DNA from: Gammaproteobacteria bacterium UBA7803
GTDB lineage: Bacteria > Pseudomonadota > Gammaproteobacteria > Pseudomonadales > Azotimanducaceae
Reading direction: 5' to 3'
Assembly: GCA_002480525.1 (NCBI GenBank)
Contig: DLCH01000030.1
Location: forward strand, 6,850-70,849
DNA length: 64,000 nucleotides
Shown: piece after piece, positions 9,495 to 19,315 of the stretch
Layout of the letters: the number at the start of each line of letters is the position of its first letter
How positions within the stretch are numbered: position 1 is the first letter of the stretch
Notes under the pieces: generated by a model
Seen by the model: the letters and a program-made list of their open reading frames with translations, nothing else
Told to the model about the DNA's origin: nothing
The model's database searches: none
Made by a program: the position numbers and the translations under genes

Positions 9495-10550
9495 ATGAAC
9501 ACCGCCCTCACCGACCTGCTGGAACTTCAGGCGCCGCTGCTGCAGGCGCCCATGGCCGGCGTGTCCACGCCCGCCCTGGCCGCCGCCGTCAGCGGGGCCG
9601 GCGCCCTCGGCGCCATCGCCGTGGGCGCGATGACCGCCGATGCCGCCGACGCGGCCATCGGCGAGGCCCTCCGCACCTGCTCCGGCCCGCTGAACGTCAA
9701 CCTGTTCGCCCACGCTCCGGCGCGGCGGGACCCCGAGCGCGAGGCCGAGTGGCTGCGCCGGCTGGAACCCTGGTTCGCCGAGTTCGACGCCGCGCCGCCG
9801 CGGACCCTGGGCGAGATCTATCCCACCCTGGACGCCGCGCCCGATCTGCTGGCAGCGGTTCTCGACCACCGGCCGGCGGTGGTGAGCCTGCACTTCGGCC
9901 TGCCCGAAGCCCGCACCCTGCAGCGGCTGCGGGCCGCCGGCGCGACCCTCGTCGCCACCGCCACCAGCGTGGCCGAGGCCCGGCACCTGGCCGCGGCCGG
10001 CATCGACGTCATCGTCGCCCAGGGCTGGGAGGCCGGCGGTCACCGGGGCGTGTTCGACCCGGCGCGGGACGACCGGCTCCCGACCTTCGAGCTGCTGCCC
10101 AGGGTGGTCGACGCCGTCCGGATCCCGGTGGTGGCCGCCGGCGGACTCGCCAGCGGTGCCGACGTCGCCCGGGCCCTCGCGCTCGGCGCCGCCGGCGTCC
10201 AGCTCGGCACGGTGTTCGCGGGCTGCCCGGAATCCGCCGCCGGGGACGCCTACCGCCGGGCCCTCGCCGACCCGAACCGCTCCACCGCCATGACGCCGGT
10301 CGTCTCGGGTCGGCCGGCCCGGTCCCTGCGCAACCGGTTCGTGCGCGAACTCGCCGACCTCGCGGCGTTGGTTCCGGACTATCCCGTGGCTTACGACGCC
10401 GGCAAGGCGCTGGCGGCCGCCGCGGCCCGAGCCGGCACCCACGACTTCGACGTGATGTGGTGCGGCGCCGGCCCGGTGCGGGACGACGCCCTGCCGGCCA
10501 CCGGGCTGGTGCGGGCCCTGATGGCGGAGACCGACGCGGCCCTGGCCTGA
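9495..10550 (+). CDS. Nitronate monooxygenase (NMO / 2-nitropropane dioxygenase family, FMN)
   Basis: LLQAPMAGVSTPALAAAVSGAGALG N-terminal motif and GWEAGGH catalytic motif. Confidence 0.85.
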   Translation: MNTALTDLLELQAPLLQAPMAGVSTPALAAAVSGAGALGAIAVGAMTADAADAAIGEALRTCSGPLNVNLFAHAPARRDPEREAEWLRRLEPWFAEFDAAPPRTLGEIYPTLDAAPDLLAAVLDHRPAVVSLHFGLPEARTLQRLRAAGATLVATATSVAEARHLAAAGIDVIVAQGWEAGGHRGVFDPARDDRLPTFELLPRVVDAVRIPVVAAGGLASGADVARALALGAAGVQLGTVFAGCPESAAGDAYRRALADPNRSTAMTPVVSGRPARSLRNRFVRELADLAALVPDYPVAYDAGKALAAAAARAGTHDFDVMWCGAGPVRDDALPATGLVRALMAETDAALA

Positions 10551-10665
10551 CCGGCCCGGCTCAACCGCCGAACAGCATCTGGTGCAGCATCCGGCCGGGG
10601 TAGCGCGTGAAGGCACCGCGTCACCCCGGGTCGCACCGCGCCGGACGGCGGCGTAAGCTCCGGAC

Positions 10666-11580
10666 ATGAAGCTCTCGCTGGACGGCCGATCGATCGAGAC
10701 GCACCGGGACGACAAGGTGCTGTTTCCCGGGGACGGACGGACCAAGGCGGACCTGATCGCCTACTACCGGGACGTGGCCGGGCTGATGCTGCCCCACCTG
10801 GAGAATCGCTGCCTGACCCTCGAGCGCTACCCCGACGGCATCGACGAGCCGGGCTTCTACCAGCAGAACTACGCCGACCATTTCCCCGACTACGTGACGC
10901 GCCGGCCGCTGCCCACGGCGGACGGCGACGACACCGTCGATCACATCGTCGTCGACGAGCCGGCGGCGCTGGTGTACCTGGCGGATCAGGGCACCATCAC
11001 CTTTCACGGCTGGCTGGCCCGCGCGGACGCGCCGCGCCACCCCGACCGTCTGGTGTTCGACCTCGACCCGGCGGACGACGACTTCCGCGTGGTCGTCGAC
11101 GCCGCCCGGCTGGTCCGGGAGGTGCTGGAGCTGTCGGGGCTGGTGCCCTTCGTCATGACCAGCGGCTCACGCGGGCTGCACGTGTCCGCGCCCCTGGACG
11201 GGCACCTCGACTTCGACGCGGCGCGCCGGCTCGCGGCGACCCTGGCGGAGGCGGTGGTGGACAGGGATCCCCGGCGGTTCACGGTGGCCCAGCGCAAGGC
11301 GGCACGGCGCGGCCGCCTGTACCTGGACGTGGCGCGCAACGCCTACGGCCAGACCGCCGTGCTGCCGTATTCGCTGCGGGCCCGTCCCGGGGCGCCCGCG
11401 GCCACGCCGCTGGACTGGCGGGAGCTGTCCCGGAGCGACCTCGGCCCCCAGCGCTACGGCATCGCCAATCTGCGACGCCGGCTCGCCCGCAAGGACGACC
11501 CGTTCGCCCGCTACGCCAGCCGGGCGCGGCGTCCGGAACTCGACCGGGACGCGCTGGCCCGCTGGCGCCGGGGCGGCTGA
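10666..11580 (+). CDS. Stand-alone NHEJ polymerase/primase domain protein (LigD Pol domain)
   Basis: KVLFPGDGRTKADLIAYY...LERYPDGI...FYQQN...LVFDLDP...MTSGSRGLHV...RGRLYLDVARN matches the archaeo-eukaryotic primase-type LigD polymerase domain. Confidence 0.85.
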   Translation: MKLSLDGRSIETHRDDKVLFPGDGRTKADLIAYYRDVAGLMLPHLENRCLTLERYPDGIDEPGFYQQNYADHFPDYVTRRPLPTADGDDTVDHIVVDEPAALVYLADQGTITFHGWLARADAPRHPDRLVFDLDPADDDFRVVVDAARLVREVLELSGLVPFVMTSGSRGLHVSAPLDGHLDFDAARRLAATLAEAVVDRDPRRFTVAQRKAARRGRLYLDVARNAYGQTAVLPYSLRARPGAPAATPLDWRELSRSDLGPQRYGIANLRRRLARKDDPFARYASRARRPELDRDALARWRRGG

Positions 11581-11596
11581 CCCGCCACGGCGGGCT

Positions 11597-12565
11597 TCAG
11601 CTCACCGCGCGCAGGAACTCGATCAGCAGCTCGTTGGTCTCTTCGGGTCGCTCCTGCTGAATCCAGTGCCCGGCGCCGTCGAGGATCACCGAGCGGGTGA
11701 GCCCGGGCAGGGTCTCCGGGAATCGCGCGATCGCCGGCGCGCCCCAGACCGTCGGGCCGTCCTTCGAGCCGCCGACGAACAGGGACGGCTGACGGATCGG
11801 CGCCCCGGCGAACGCCGTGAGGTCCGCGAAGTCGCGATCGACGTTGCGGTAGCGGGACAGCGGCCCGAAGAACCCCGAATACTCGAACTCGCGGGTGTAG
11901 GCGTCGAGATCCGCCTCGGTGAGCCAGTGGGGCATCTCCTCGGGAAACACGAACTTGTCCCGAAGCTGCCGGCCCCGCTCCACCAGCGAGATGTTCGGGC
12001 CGTTCACCACGTCGCCGGAGGCGCACCAGTAGAAGCCCAGCAGCCAGCTCCGCACGTCGGCCTCGATTTCCGCCTCGGCCCGACCCACCTGCTGGAAGTA
12101 CTCCACGTAGAACTCGTCGTCGCCCGCCATGGCGCGCATGCGCGCGGTCGGGGGCGGCTCGGTGGCCGGCGCCGGCGCCGCGTAGGGCACGGACAGGCCG
12201 GCCACGGCGGTGAACCTGTCCGGCCGCAGCAGGGCGCTGTGCCAGGCGATGGGCGCGCCCCAGTCGTGACCGATGATGGTCGCGGTGTCGACGTCGAGGG
12301 CGTCCAGGGTGCCCACCATGTCGCCGACGTGCTTGAGCATCCGGTAGTCCTCGACCCGGGACGGCTTGGCCGAGCGCCCGTAGCCGCGCACGTCCACGGC
12401 CACCACCCGGTAGCCGGCCGCCGCGATGGCGGGGATCTGGTGGCGCCAGGAGTACCAGGATTCCGGGAAGCCGTGCACCAGCACGACCGTCGGCCCGGCG
12501 CCCTCGACCACCGCGTGCACGCGGATTCCGTTGGCCTGGAAGGTTCTGTGTTGTCGGTCACTCAC
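11597..12565 (-). CDS. Alpha/beta hydrolase, epoxide hydrolase-like
   Basis: GTG start preceded by AGGAG. VLVHGFPESWYSWRHQ and GHDWGA motifs are typical of soluble epoxide hydrolases. The track ORF extension (92 codons) was rejected. Confidence 0.8.
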   Translation of the reverse strand: MSDRQHRTFQANGIRVHAVVEGAGPTVVLVHGFPESWYSWRHQIPAIAAAGYRVVAVDVRGYGRSAKPSRVEDYRMLKHVGDMVGTLDALDVDTATIIGHDWGAPIAWHSALLRPDRFTAVAGLSVPYAAPAPATEPPPTARMRAMAGDDEFYVEYFQQVGRAEAEIEADVRSWLLGFYWCASGDVVNGPNISLVERGRQLRDKFVFPEEMPHWLTEADLDAYTREFEYSGFFGPLSRYRNVDRDFADLTAFAGAPIRQPSLFVGGSKDGPTVWGAPAIARFPETLPGLTRSVILDGAGHWIQQERPEETNELLIEFLRAVS

Positions 12566-12644
12566 CTCGGTCTGCTCCTGTCTGTGGGTGTCGAAATCGG
12601 GCCCCGGAGGGCCGGCCCCGCCGTCCGGGCACCTGTTCCCGGTT

Positions 12645-12676
12645 GGCCAAAGCGTCCAGAATGTGGCACAAAGCGT
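12645..12676. promoter_or_regulatory. Direct repeat TGGC(A)CAAAGCGT x2 in TetR/hydrolase divergent intergenic region (candidate operator)
   Basis: CAAAGCGT occurs at 12648-12655 and 12669-12676, 21 bp apart (two helical turns), in the 139-bp divergent region. Confidence 0.3.
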
Positions 12677-12704
12677 ATTGAGACGTAGAAGACGACCGCT
12701 CCGC

Positions 12705-13433
12705 ATGGCTACTCGTGAAGAGTCGAAAGCAATGCGGCGACGCGCCATCGTGGCCGCCGCCCGCAGCCTGATGCAGGAAACCGGCCAGGCCGGCTTCTCG
12801 ATGCGCGCCCTCGCCGACAAGGCCGGCGTGAGCATCGCCACACCCTACAACCTGTTCGGTTCCAAGCAGGCGGTGATGTATGCCGTCATCGACGCCGACC
12901 TCGAAGAGTACCAGTCGCGCCTGGAAACGCTGGAAACCGACGAGCTGGACACCTTCTTCGAGGCCCTGCGGCTGGTGACCGAGCTGTACGCGCCCGAGCC
13001 CGGATTCTACCGGGCGGTGCTGTTCGCCGCGTACGGCGACGGCGGCACCGAGTTCCGCGCCATGTTCGGCGGGCCCCGCCACGCCATGTGGCGCCGCCTG
13101 GTCAAGCAGGCCCAGGCCGCCGGCCACCTGATTCCGGAGCTGGAGCCGAACTCGTTCACCATTCACCTGGGGCACGTGCTGTTCGCCTGCACCATGGAAT
13201 GGGTGAACGGGCTGCTGTCCCTGGAGGAGATGCAGGCCCACGGCCAGTACGGCTTCGCCGTCGCCCTGGCCGGAGTCGCGACGCCGGAGGCCGCCGGGCG
13301 GCTGCGGGAACGGGCCCTCGAGTACCAGACCCGGCTCAACGGGCTGTACCGGGAACGCCAGAAGTCCGCCGGCAAGCCCGGCGCGCAGCGCCTCGACACC
13401 CTCGGCGAGCCCCAGGCGGCAGCCGGCGGCTGA
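12705..13433 (+). CDS. TetR/AcrR-family transcriptional regulator
   Basis: N-terminal HTH RRRAIVAAARSLMQETGQAGFSMRALADKAGVSIATPYNLFGSKQAV. Divergent from the epoxide hydrolase-like gene. Confidence 0.85.
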   Translation: MATREESKAMRRRAIVAAARSLMQETGQAGFSMRALADKAGVSIATPYNLFGSKQAVMYAVIDADLEEYQSRLETLETDELDTFFEALRLVTELYAPEPGFYRAVLFAAYGDGGTEFRAMFGGPRHAMWRRLVKQAQAAGHLIPELEPNSFTIHLGHVLFACTMEWVNGLLSLEEMQAHGQYGFAVALAGVATPEAAGRLRERALEYQTRLNGLYRERQKSAGKPGAQRLDTLGEPQAAAGG

Positions 13434-13460
13434 CGCCGCGGGGCCGGACGCCGACGTCGA

Positions 13461-14624
13461 TCAACGGCCAGGCGCCCGCGCAGCGGCGTCGTCCAGCCGG
13501 TAGATCCGCCTGACGTTGCCTCCCAGCACCTTCGCCCGGGTTTCCGGCGACAGCTCGCGGGCGTAGCGCTCGAGATCGTCCACCCAGGTGTGGGGATGAT
13601 CCGGGTGGGGATAGTCCGTCGCCCACATGAAGCAGTCCGCGCCGACGTGATCGATCACGTGGGGCGCCGCGGTCTCGTCCGGGTCGCCGGAGATGAAGCA
13701 CTGGCGGCGGAACAGCTCGGTGGCGCTGGGACGGTTCAGATTCAGCGACGCGCTGTAGGCGTCCAGGCGGTCGAGCAGCGCGCCGATCCAGCCGGAGCCC
13801 GCCTCCAGCACGCCGAGCCGGAGATCCGGGAAGCGCTCCAGGGTGCCCAGAGAGAAGAACGAGATCAGCGCCTGCTGCACGATGGACCGCAGCCAGATCG
13901 CCTCTCCCCAGGCCCGCCCTTCCCGGGGCCAGTCGAAGATGCCCTCCGCCGCCGCGTGGGGGGTGAAGGTCGGGTGGATGGCCAGCGGCACGTCCAGCTC
14001 GCAGCAGGTGGCGAACAGCGGATCGTGATCGGCGTGGCCGTGAATCACCCGGCGGTGATTGAAGGGATTGACCCAGGCCCCGCGGCAGCCGTCGGCCACC
14101 GCCCGCTCGAGCTCCGCCGCCGATCCCTGCGGGTCGAGCAGCGTCAGCATGGCGATGGGCACCAGCCGGCCGCCGGAGTCCCGGCAGAAGTCGGCGATCC
14201 AGCGATTGTAGGCCCGGGCGTAGGCGAGGCTCAGCTCGGGGTCGGTGAGCTCCACCTCCCACAGCAGGCACAGCGTGGGGTAGAGCAGACAGGCGTCCAG
14301 GTTCTCCTGGTCCATCAGCGACAGGCGCTCGGCCGGGTCGCAGGCGCCGAACGGAATGTGGTCCGCATAGCGCCGCTCCGGGCTCGGGCGCAGGTCTTCC
14401 TCTCCCATGGCGCCGAGCAGTCCCAGCGACCCGCGATTGGACCGTGCCGACGGCCGGCCGTCGATCTCCAGGTACTCGTAGCCCTGGTCGTCGACGCGGA
14501 TTCTGAGGGCCCGGTCCCGGTAGCGGGCTTCGAGGTAGTTCTCCCACAGGTCCGGCGGCTCGAGGACGTGCCCGTCGGCGTCCACCGTACCGTCGAATGG
14601 AAATCGCTTGATCTGGTAAGCCAT
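13461..14624 (-). CDS. Amidohydrolase-2 family metal-dependent hydrolase/decarboxylase (ACMSD-like)
   Basis: 387 aa with DADGHVLEP near the N-terminus and a WATDYPHPD C-terminal motif, both typical of the amidohydrolase_2 family. Confidence 0.8.
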   Translation of the reverse strand: MAYQIKRFPFDGTVDADGHVLEPPDLWENYLEARYRDRALRIRVDDQGYEYLEIDGRPSARSNRGSLGLLGAMGEEDLRPSPERRYADHIPFGACDPAERLSLMDQENLDACLLYPTLCLLWEVELTDPELSLAYARAYNRWIADFCRDSGGRLVPIAMLTLLDPQGSAAELERAVADGCRGAWVNPFNHRRVIHGHADHDPLFATCCELDVPLAIHPTFTPHAAAEGIFDWPREGRAWGEAIWLRSIVQQALISFFSLGTLERFPDLRLGVLEAGSGWIGALLDRLDAYSASLNLNRPSATELFRRQCFISGDPDETAAPHVIDHVGADCFMWATDYPHPDHPHTWVDDLERYARELSPETRAKVLGGNVRRIYRLDDAAARAPGR

Positions 14625-14731
14625 GTCTCTCCCCCGCCACGACCCTCGACCGCATTAAAACACATTCTAACTTTGCCCTGTCCAGCCTCGCGGAGCCGCC
14701 CTAGACGGGCTGGTTATTTGCTTGTAGCGAA

Positions 14732-14750
14732 TCATTCCTTCCAAGAATGA
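14732..14750. promoter_or_regulatory. Inverted repeat TCATTC-N7-GAATGA upstream of cysH
   Basis: Perfect 6-bp arms within an AT-richer stretch of the divergent intergenic region. Function not established. Confidence 0.25.
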
Positions 14751-14833
14751 CGCCGGCTGACTAGCTTGACCGACCGCAGCACACGACCGGAACGATGCCC
14801 GTGAGCAGCGCAGTGACGACGAGGAACAGGGAC

Positions 14834-15625
14834 ATGGAGCAGCAGGGCGCCCGAGCCGACGACCGCGGCCACGAGCCTCACGCGGGTACGGTGACGCCGA
14901 TCGAGGGCCGATCCGGCGTTCCGGCGGAGGCAGAGCTGCGCCGCTGGAACGCCGAGCTCGCCGGGCTGGACGCCGCCGGGCGGGTGCGTTTCGCCCTGGA
15001 GCGGCTGCCGGGCCGGCATGCCCTCACCTCCTCCTTCGGCGCCCAGGCGGCGGTGAGCCTGCATCTGCTCACCCGCGAGCTGCCGGACATACCCGTGATC
15101 CTGCTGGACACCGGGTACCTGTTCCCGGAGACCTACCGCTTCGTCGAGGCGCTCACGGCCCGGCTGGATCTGAACCTCAAGGTCTACCGCAGCCTGCGCA
15201 GCCCGGCCTGGCAGGAAGCCGTGGACGGTCAGCGCTGGAACGACGGCGTCGCCGGCATCGACGCCTACAACCGGGAGAACAAGGTCGAGCCCCTGCAGCG
15301 GGCCCTGCGCGAGCTCGAGATCGGCACCTGGTTCACCGGCCTGCGCCGCAGCCAGGCCAGCACCCGCACCGCGACGCCGTTCGTGCAGGTCAGCAACGAC
15401 CTGCTCAAGGTCAGCCCCATCGCCGACTGGAGCGACCGCGACGTCTACGACTATCTGAAAGCCCACGACCTGCCCTACCACCCGCTGTGGGAGCAGGGCT
15501 ACGTCTCCATCGGCGACACCCACACCACCGTGCCGCTGCACGAGGCCGACAGCGAGGAAGCCACGCGCTTCTTCGGGCTGAAGCGCGAGTGCGGCATTCA
15601 TGAAGGGGAGACCTGGAGCATCTGA
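14834..15625 (+). CDS. cysH: Phosphoadenosine phosphosulfate (PAPS) reductase
   Basis: Collinear with E. coli CysH: [73 protein letters not shown]. Start placed at the ATG after the GAGGA SD; an alternative ATG lies at 14795. Confidence 0.9.
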   Translation: MEQQGARADDRGHEPHAGTVTPIEGRSGVPAEAELRRWNAELAGLDAAGRVRFALERLPGRHALTSSFGAQAAVSLHLLTRELPDIPVILLDTGYLFPETYRFVEALTARLDLNLKVYRSLRSPAWQEAVDGQRWNDGVAGIDAYNRENKVEPLQRALRELEIGTWFTGLRRSQASTRTATPFVQVSNDLLKVSPIADWSDRDVYDYLKAHDLPYHPLWEQGYVSIGDTHTTVPLHEADSEEATRFFGLKRECGIHEGETWSI

Positions 15626-15646
15626 TCCGGGTTCGGTCGTCGTTGG

Positions 15647-15727
15647 ATCGCGGCCGGGAGGCCGCTCCTACGGGGGCCATCCCGACGTCGAATCCTTACC
15701 CCGTAGGAGCGGCCTCCCGGCCGCGAT
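15647..15727. repeat. Inverted pair of REP-like elements (BIME-like)
   Basis: ATCGCGGCCGGGAGGCCGCTCCTAC (15647-15671) and its reverse complement GTAGGAGCGGCCTCCCGGCCGCGAT (15703-15727), separated by 31 nt. Intergenic. Confidence 0.9.
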
Positions 15728-15807
15728 CCCCCCGCCCCGCCCACGAACCGCTCCCCCGCCCCGCCATCGGTTACACTCGATCGGGCCGAAGGAGGGGCAG
15801 AGACACC

Positions 15808-17337
15808 ATGCAGGACGTCATCGTCGTCGGCGCCGGCAGCGCCGGCTGCGTCGTCGCCAGCCGGGCGAGCGAAGACCCGAACCGCACCGTGCTGCTGGTC
15901 GAGGCCGGGCCCGACTATCCCGACCTGGCGCAGACGCCGGGCGATCTGGTGGACGGCCACAACAACTCCTACCGCGCCCACGACTGGGGGCTGACCTACC
16001 AGCCCACCCGCGGCCGCGAGGTGAGCTTCCCGCGCGGCCGCGTGGTGGGCGGTTCGAGCGCGGTGAACACCACCATCGCGCTGCGCGGCATGCACGAGGA
16101 CTACGACGAGTGGGCCGACGCCGGCAATCCGGAGTGGGCCTGGGAGCGGGTGCTGCCGGCCTTCCGCCGGCTCGAACGGGACCTCGACTTCGGCGACGCC
16201 GACCACCACGGCGACGCCGGCCCCATCACCATCCGGCGGTTTCCCGCCGAGGAGCTCCTGCCCCAGCACCAGGCCTTTCTGGAGAGCGCCCGGGTGCTGG
16301 GCTACCCCGACTGTCCCGACGCCAACGACCCGTTGAGCTGGGGCGCCGGCCCCCAGCCCCTCAACAAGCTCGGCCGCACCCGGATATCCTGCGCCGTCGG
16401 CTATCTGGCCCCGGCCCGTATCCGGCCCAACCTGACGATCCGCGCCGGCACGCTGGTGCGGCGCCTGCTGATCCGCGACGGCCGCTGCCACGGCGTCGAG
16501 GTGGAGGGCGCCGACGGCGCCGTGGAACGTCTGGAGGCACGGCTGGTGGTGCTCTGCGCCGGCGCGATCATGTCCCCGGCGGTTCTGCTGCGCTCCGGCC
16601 TGGGGCCGCGGCGCCAGCTCGAGGAACTGGGCGTCGACGTCGTCCAGGACGTGCCCGGCGTCGGTGCCAACCTGTCGGATCACCCGGCCCTGTCCATCGT
16701 CTGCGAGGTCCGCGACCCCGCCATCGTCGACCACGACGCCCCGCTCATCCAGACGATACTGCGTCACACCGCCCGGGACTCGGACAAGCGCAACGATCTG
16801 CAGGTGGAGCTCCTGAGCTTCGTCGGCCGCCGCCAGGACCCGCCGCGCATCGGCCTCGCCGCCGTGCTCGAGTACCAGTACGGCCGCGGCGAGCTCACCC
16901 TGGCCTCGGCAGACCCCCATCAGCCCCCCGTCGTCGACAACCGCTTCTGCGAGGACGAGCGGGACGTGAGCCGGCTCGTCAGCGCCTTCCGCGACGCCTG
17001 GGCCTTCACCCGGGAGGGCCCGCTGGCGGACCTCATCGAGCGGGTCGCCTTCCCCGACCCCGCGCGCCCCATGGGCGACGAGCAGATCGCCGGCCTGTGC
17101 CGGCGCTACGCGGGCAGCGGCTACCATCCGTGCGGCACGGTGAAGATGGGCCCGGCGACGGATCCGCTGGCCGTGGTGAATCAATACGGCGCCTGCCATG
17201 CCGTCGACGGGCTGGTGGTGGCGGATGCGTCCATCATGCCCGGGGTGCCCCGGGCCAACACCAATCTGACTACGATCATGATCGGCGAAATGATCGGCGA
17301 ATGGTTGCGGACCCGGGCGGGGCGATATGGTCTGTGA
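15808..17337 (+). CDS. GMC-family FAD oxidoreductase (choline dehydrogenase-like)
   Basis: GGAGGGG SD. VIVVGAGSAGCVVASRASED FAD fold, GRVVGGSSAVN, and C-terminal YHPCGTVKMG and ADASIMP motifs. Confidence 0.85.
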   Translation: MQDVIVVGAGSAGCVVASRASEDPNRTVLLVEAGPDYPDLAQTPGDLVDGHNNSYRAHDWGLTYQPTRGREVSFPRGRVVGGSSAVNTTIALRGMHEDYDEWADAGNPEWAWERVLPAFRRLERDLDFGDADHHGDAGPITIRRFPAEELLPQHQAFLESARVLGYPDCPDANDPLSWGAGPQPLNKLGRTRISCAVGYLAPARIRPNLTIRAGTLVRRLLIRDGRCHGVEVEGADGAVERLEARLVVLCAGAIMSPAVLLRSGLGPRRQLEELGVDVVQDVPGVGANLSDHPALSIVCEVRDPAIVDHDAPLIQTILRHTARDSDKRNDLQVELLSFVGRRQDPPRIGLAAVLEYQYGRGELTLASADPHQPPVVDNRFCEDERDVSRLVSAFRDAWAFTREGPLADLIERVAFPDPARPMGDEQIAGLCRRYAGSGYHPCGTVKMGPATDPLAVVNQYGACHAVDGLVVADASIMPGVPRANTNLTTIMIGEMIGEWLRTRAGRYGL

Positions 17338-17363
17338 CGCTCGGGCAACGAGGAACGACAGCC

Positions 17364-18857
17364 ATGCATGACTACGTGATCCGCAACGTCCGGGTGCTCG
17401 ACGGCGGCGGCGGGCCGGCCCGGGAGGCCGACGTGGCCGTGGACGAGGGCCGCATCGTCGAGGTGGGCAGCGTGTCCCCGGGCATCGAGGAGATCGACGG
17501 CGGCGGCGCCTGCCTGGCGCCGGGCTTCATCGACACCCACGCCCACGACGACGGCGCGTTCTTCCGGCATCCGGGCATGGAGTTCAAGCTGGCCCAGGGC
17601 GTCACCACGGTGGTCAGCGGCAACTGCGGGTTCAGCGCCGTTCCGGCGGATCCGGAGAAGGACTCCGTCGCCGCCAGCGGCGGCATCCTCGCCGGGCTCG
17701 AAGGCGAGTTCACCGACCTGGACGGCTACTTCGAGGCAGCGCTGGCACGGGGCCCGGCCATCAACAACCTCATGCTGGTGGGCCACAACACCGTGCGGGC
17801 GCTCGTCATGGGCATGGAGAAGCGCGCGCCGACCCGGGACGAGCTCGCCGCTATGGCCGGCCACGTGGAGCGCGCCCTCGAACAGGGCGCCTGCGGGTTC
17901 TCCACCGGGCTCATCTACCGGCCCGGCCGCTGGAGCGGCACTGAGGAGGTCATCGAGCTGGCCCGGCTGGCGAAGCCGTTCGACGCGCTCTACACCACCC
18001 ACATGCGCAACGAGGGCGACTTTCTGCTGGAGGCCGTCGACGAGACCCTGACCATCGGCCGGGAGGCGGACGTCCATGCCCACATCTCCCATCACAAGTC
18101 CGCCGGCCGGGCGAACTGGGGCAAGGTGCGGGATTCGCTGAAGAAGGTGGACGACGCGCTGGCCGCAGGCCAGCGGGTGACCCTGGACGTCTATCCCTAC
18201 ACCGCCGGCAGCGGCCGCATGATCGAGTACTTCGACCTCGACCATCCCAGCCGCGAGCTCGCCGAGGTGATCCGCATCGCGAGCTGCCCGGCGTTCCGGG
18301 AATACGAAGGGCGGATGCTCACCGACATCGCCGCCGAGCTCGGCATCGACGTCACCGAGGCGGTGCGCCACGTGCTCACGGCGCCGAAGGGCGACCGCAC
18401 CATCTGCATCCAGTTCATCATCGACGAGGCCGACGTGGAGACCAACCTCGCCCACCGGGACATGATGGTGGGCTCGGACGGCATTCCGGACCTGCGGGGC
18501 CGCCCCCATCCCCGGCTGTTCGGCACCTTTCCGCGGGTGCTCGGCCACTACGTCCGGGAGCGCGGCGTGCTGACGCTGGAGGAAGCGGTGCGCCGCATGA
18601 CCTCGCTGTCGGCGGCCACCTTCGGCCTGATCGACCGCGGCCGCATTCAGCCCGGCTGCTGGGCCGACCTGGTGCTGTTCGACCCGGACACGGTCGCCGA
18701 TGGCGCTACCTACGACGAGCCGAAGACCCCGCCCACGGGCATCCGGCTGGTGATGGTCAACGGCCGGATCGCATTGCGGGACGGGACCCACACGGCCGTC
18801 GGCAGTGGCCGGATGCTGCGCTACCGGCGCCCCGCCTACGGCGACCCCGAGGGCTGA
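17364..18857 (+). CDS. N-acyl-D-amino-acid deacylase (D-aminoacylase) family amidohydrolase
   Basis: VIRNVRVLDG...APGFIDTHAHDD, THMRNEG, HISHHK, MVGSDG and PRLFGTFPRVLG motifs. This is the C-terminal 497 aa of a 1085-aa track ORF. Confidence 0.85.
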   Translation: MHDYVIRNVRVLDGGGGPAREADVAVDEGRIVEVGSVSPGIEEIDGGGACLAPGFIDTHAHDDGAFFRHPGMEFKLAQGVTTVVSGNCGFSAVPADPEKDSVAASGGILAGLEGEFTDLDGYFEAALARGPAINNLMLVGHNTVRALVMGMEKRAPTRDELAAMAGHVERALEQGACGFSTGLIYRPGRWSGTEEVIELARLAKPFDALYTTHMRNEGDFLLEAVDETLTIGREADVHAHISHHKSAGRANWGKVRDSLKKVDDALAAGQRVTLDVYPYTAGSGRMIEYFDLDHPSRELAEVIRIASCPAFREYEGRMLTDIAAELGIDVTEAVRHVLTAPKGDRTICIQFIIDEADVETNLAHRDMMVGSDGIPDLRGRPHPRLFGTFPRVLGHYVRERGVLTLEEAVRRMTSLSAATFGLIDRGRIQPGCWADLVLFDPDTVADGATYDEPKTPPTGIRLVMVNGRIALRDGTHTAVGSGRMLRYRRPAYGDPEG

Positions 18858-18865
18858 CCCGTCCG

Positions 18866-19306
18866 GTGACCCGAGACCTCGTCATCTTCGATCTGGACGG
18901 CACGCTGGCCGACATCCGGCATCGGCTGCACCTGGTCCGCCAGAAGCCGAAGCGCTGGCGGGAATTCTTCGAGGCCTGCGTCAACGACGTGCCCAACGAG
19001 CCCGTCATCGCCGCCTACCGGGCGTTCCGGCAGTCGGCGCTGCCGTGCGAGCTGTGGATCTTCTCCGGTCGCTCGGACGCGGTACGCCCCCAGACCGAAC
19101 GCTGGCTGGCGCAGCACGTCGGCGACTACGACCATCTGCGCATGCGCCGGGACGGCGACTACACGGCGGACGAGGTGCTCAAACGACGCTGGGCGGAACC
19201 CATCGCCCACCGGGTGCTGTGCGTGTTCGACGACCGGGACAAGGTGGTCGCCATGTGGCGTTCCCTCGGCATCGCCTGCTTCCAGGTCGCCGAGGGCGAC
19301 TTCTGA
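18866..19306 (+). CDS. Small HAD-superfamily phosphatase (PNK 3-phosphatase/NT5C-like)
   Basis: GTG start 9 nt after the preceding stop. DxDGT motif in LVIFDLDGTLAD and a late FDDRD acidic motif. 146 aa. Confidence 0.65.
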   Translation: MTRDLVIFDLDGTLADIRHRLHLVRQKPKRWREFFEACVNDVPNEPVIAAYRAFRQSALPCELWIFSGRSDAVRPQTERWLAQHVGDYDHLRMRRDGDYTADEVLKRRWAEPIAHRVLCVFDDRDKVVAMWRSLGIACFQVAEGDF

Positions 19307-19315
19307 CGAATCCGG

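Noticed and set aside
15600-18857. 1085-aa plus-strand ORF suggesting a giant fusion protein
   Set aside because: Only the last 497 aa (from the ATG at 17364) look like a real protein (D-aminoacylase). The first 588 codons are Pro/Arg/Gly-rich read-through overlapping the GMC oxidoreductase in another frame.
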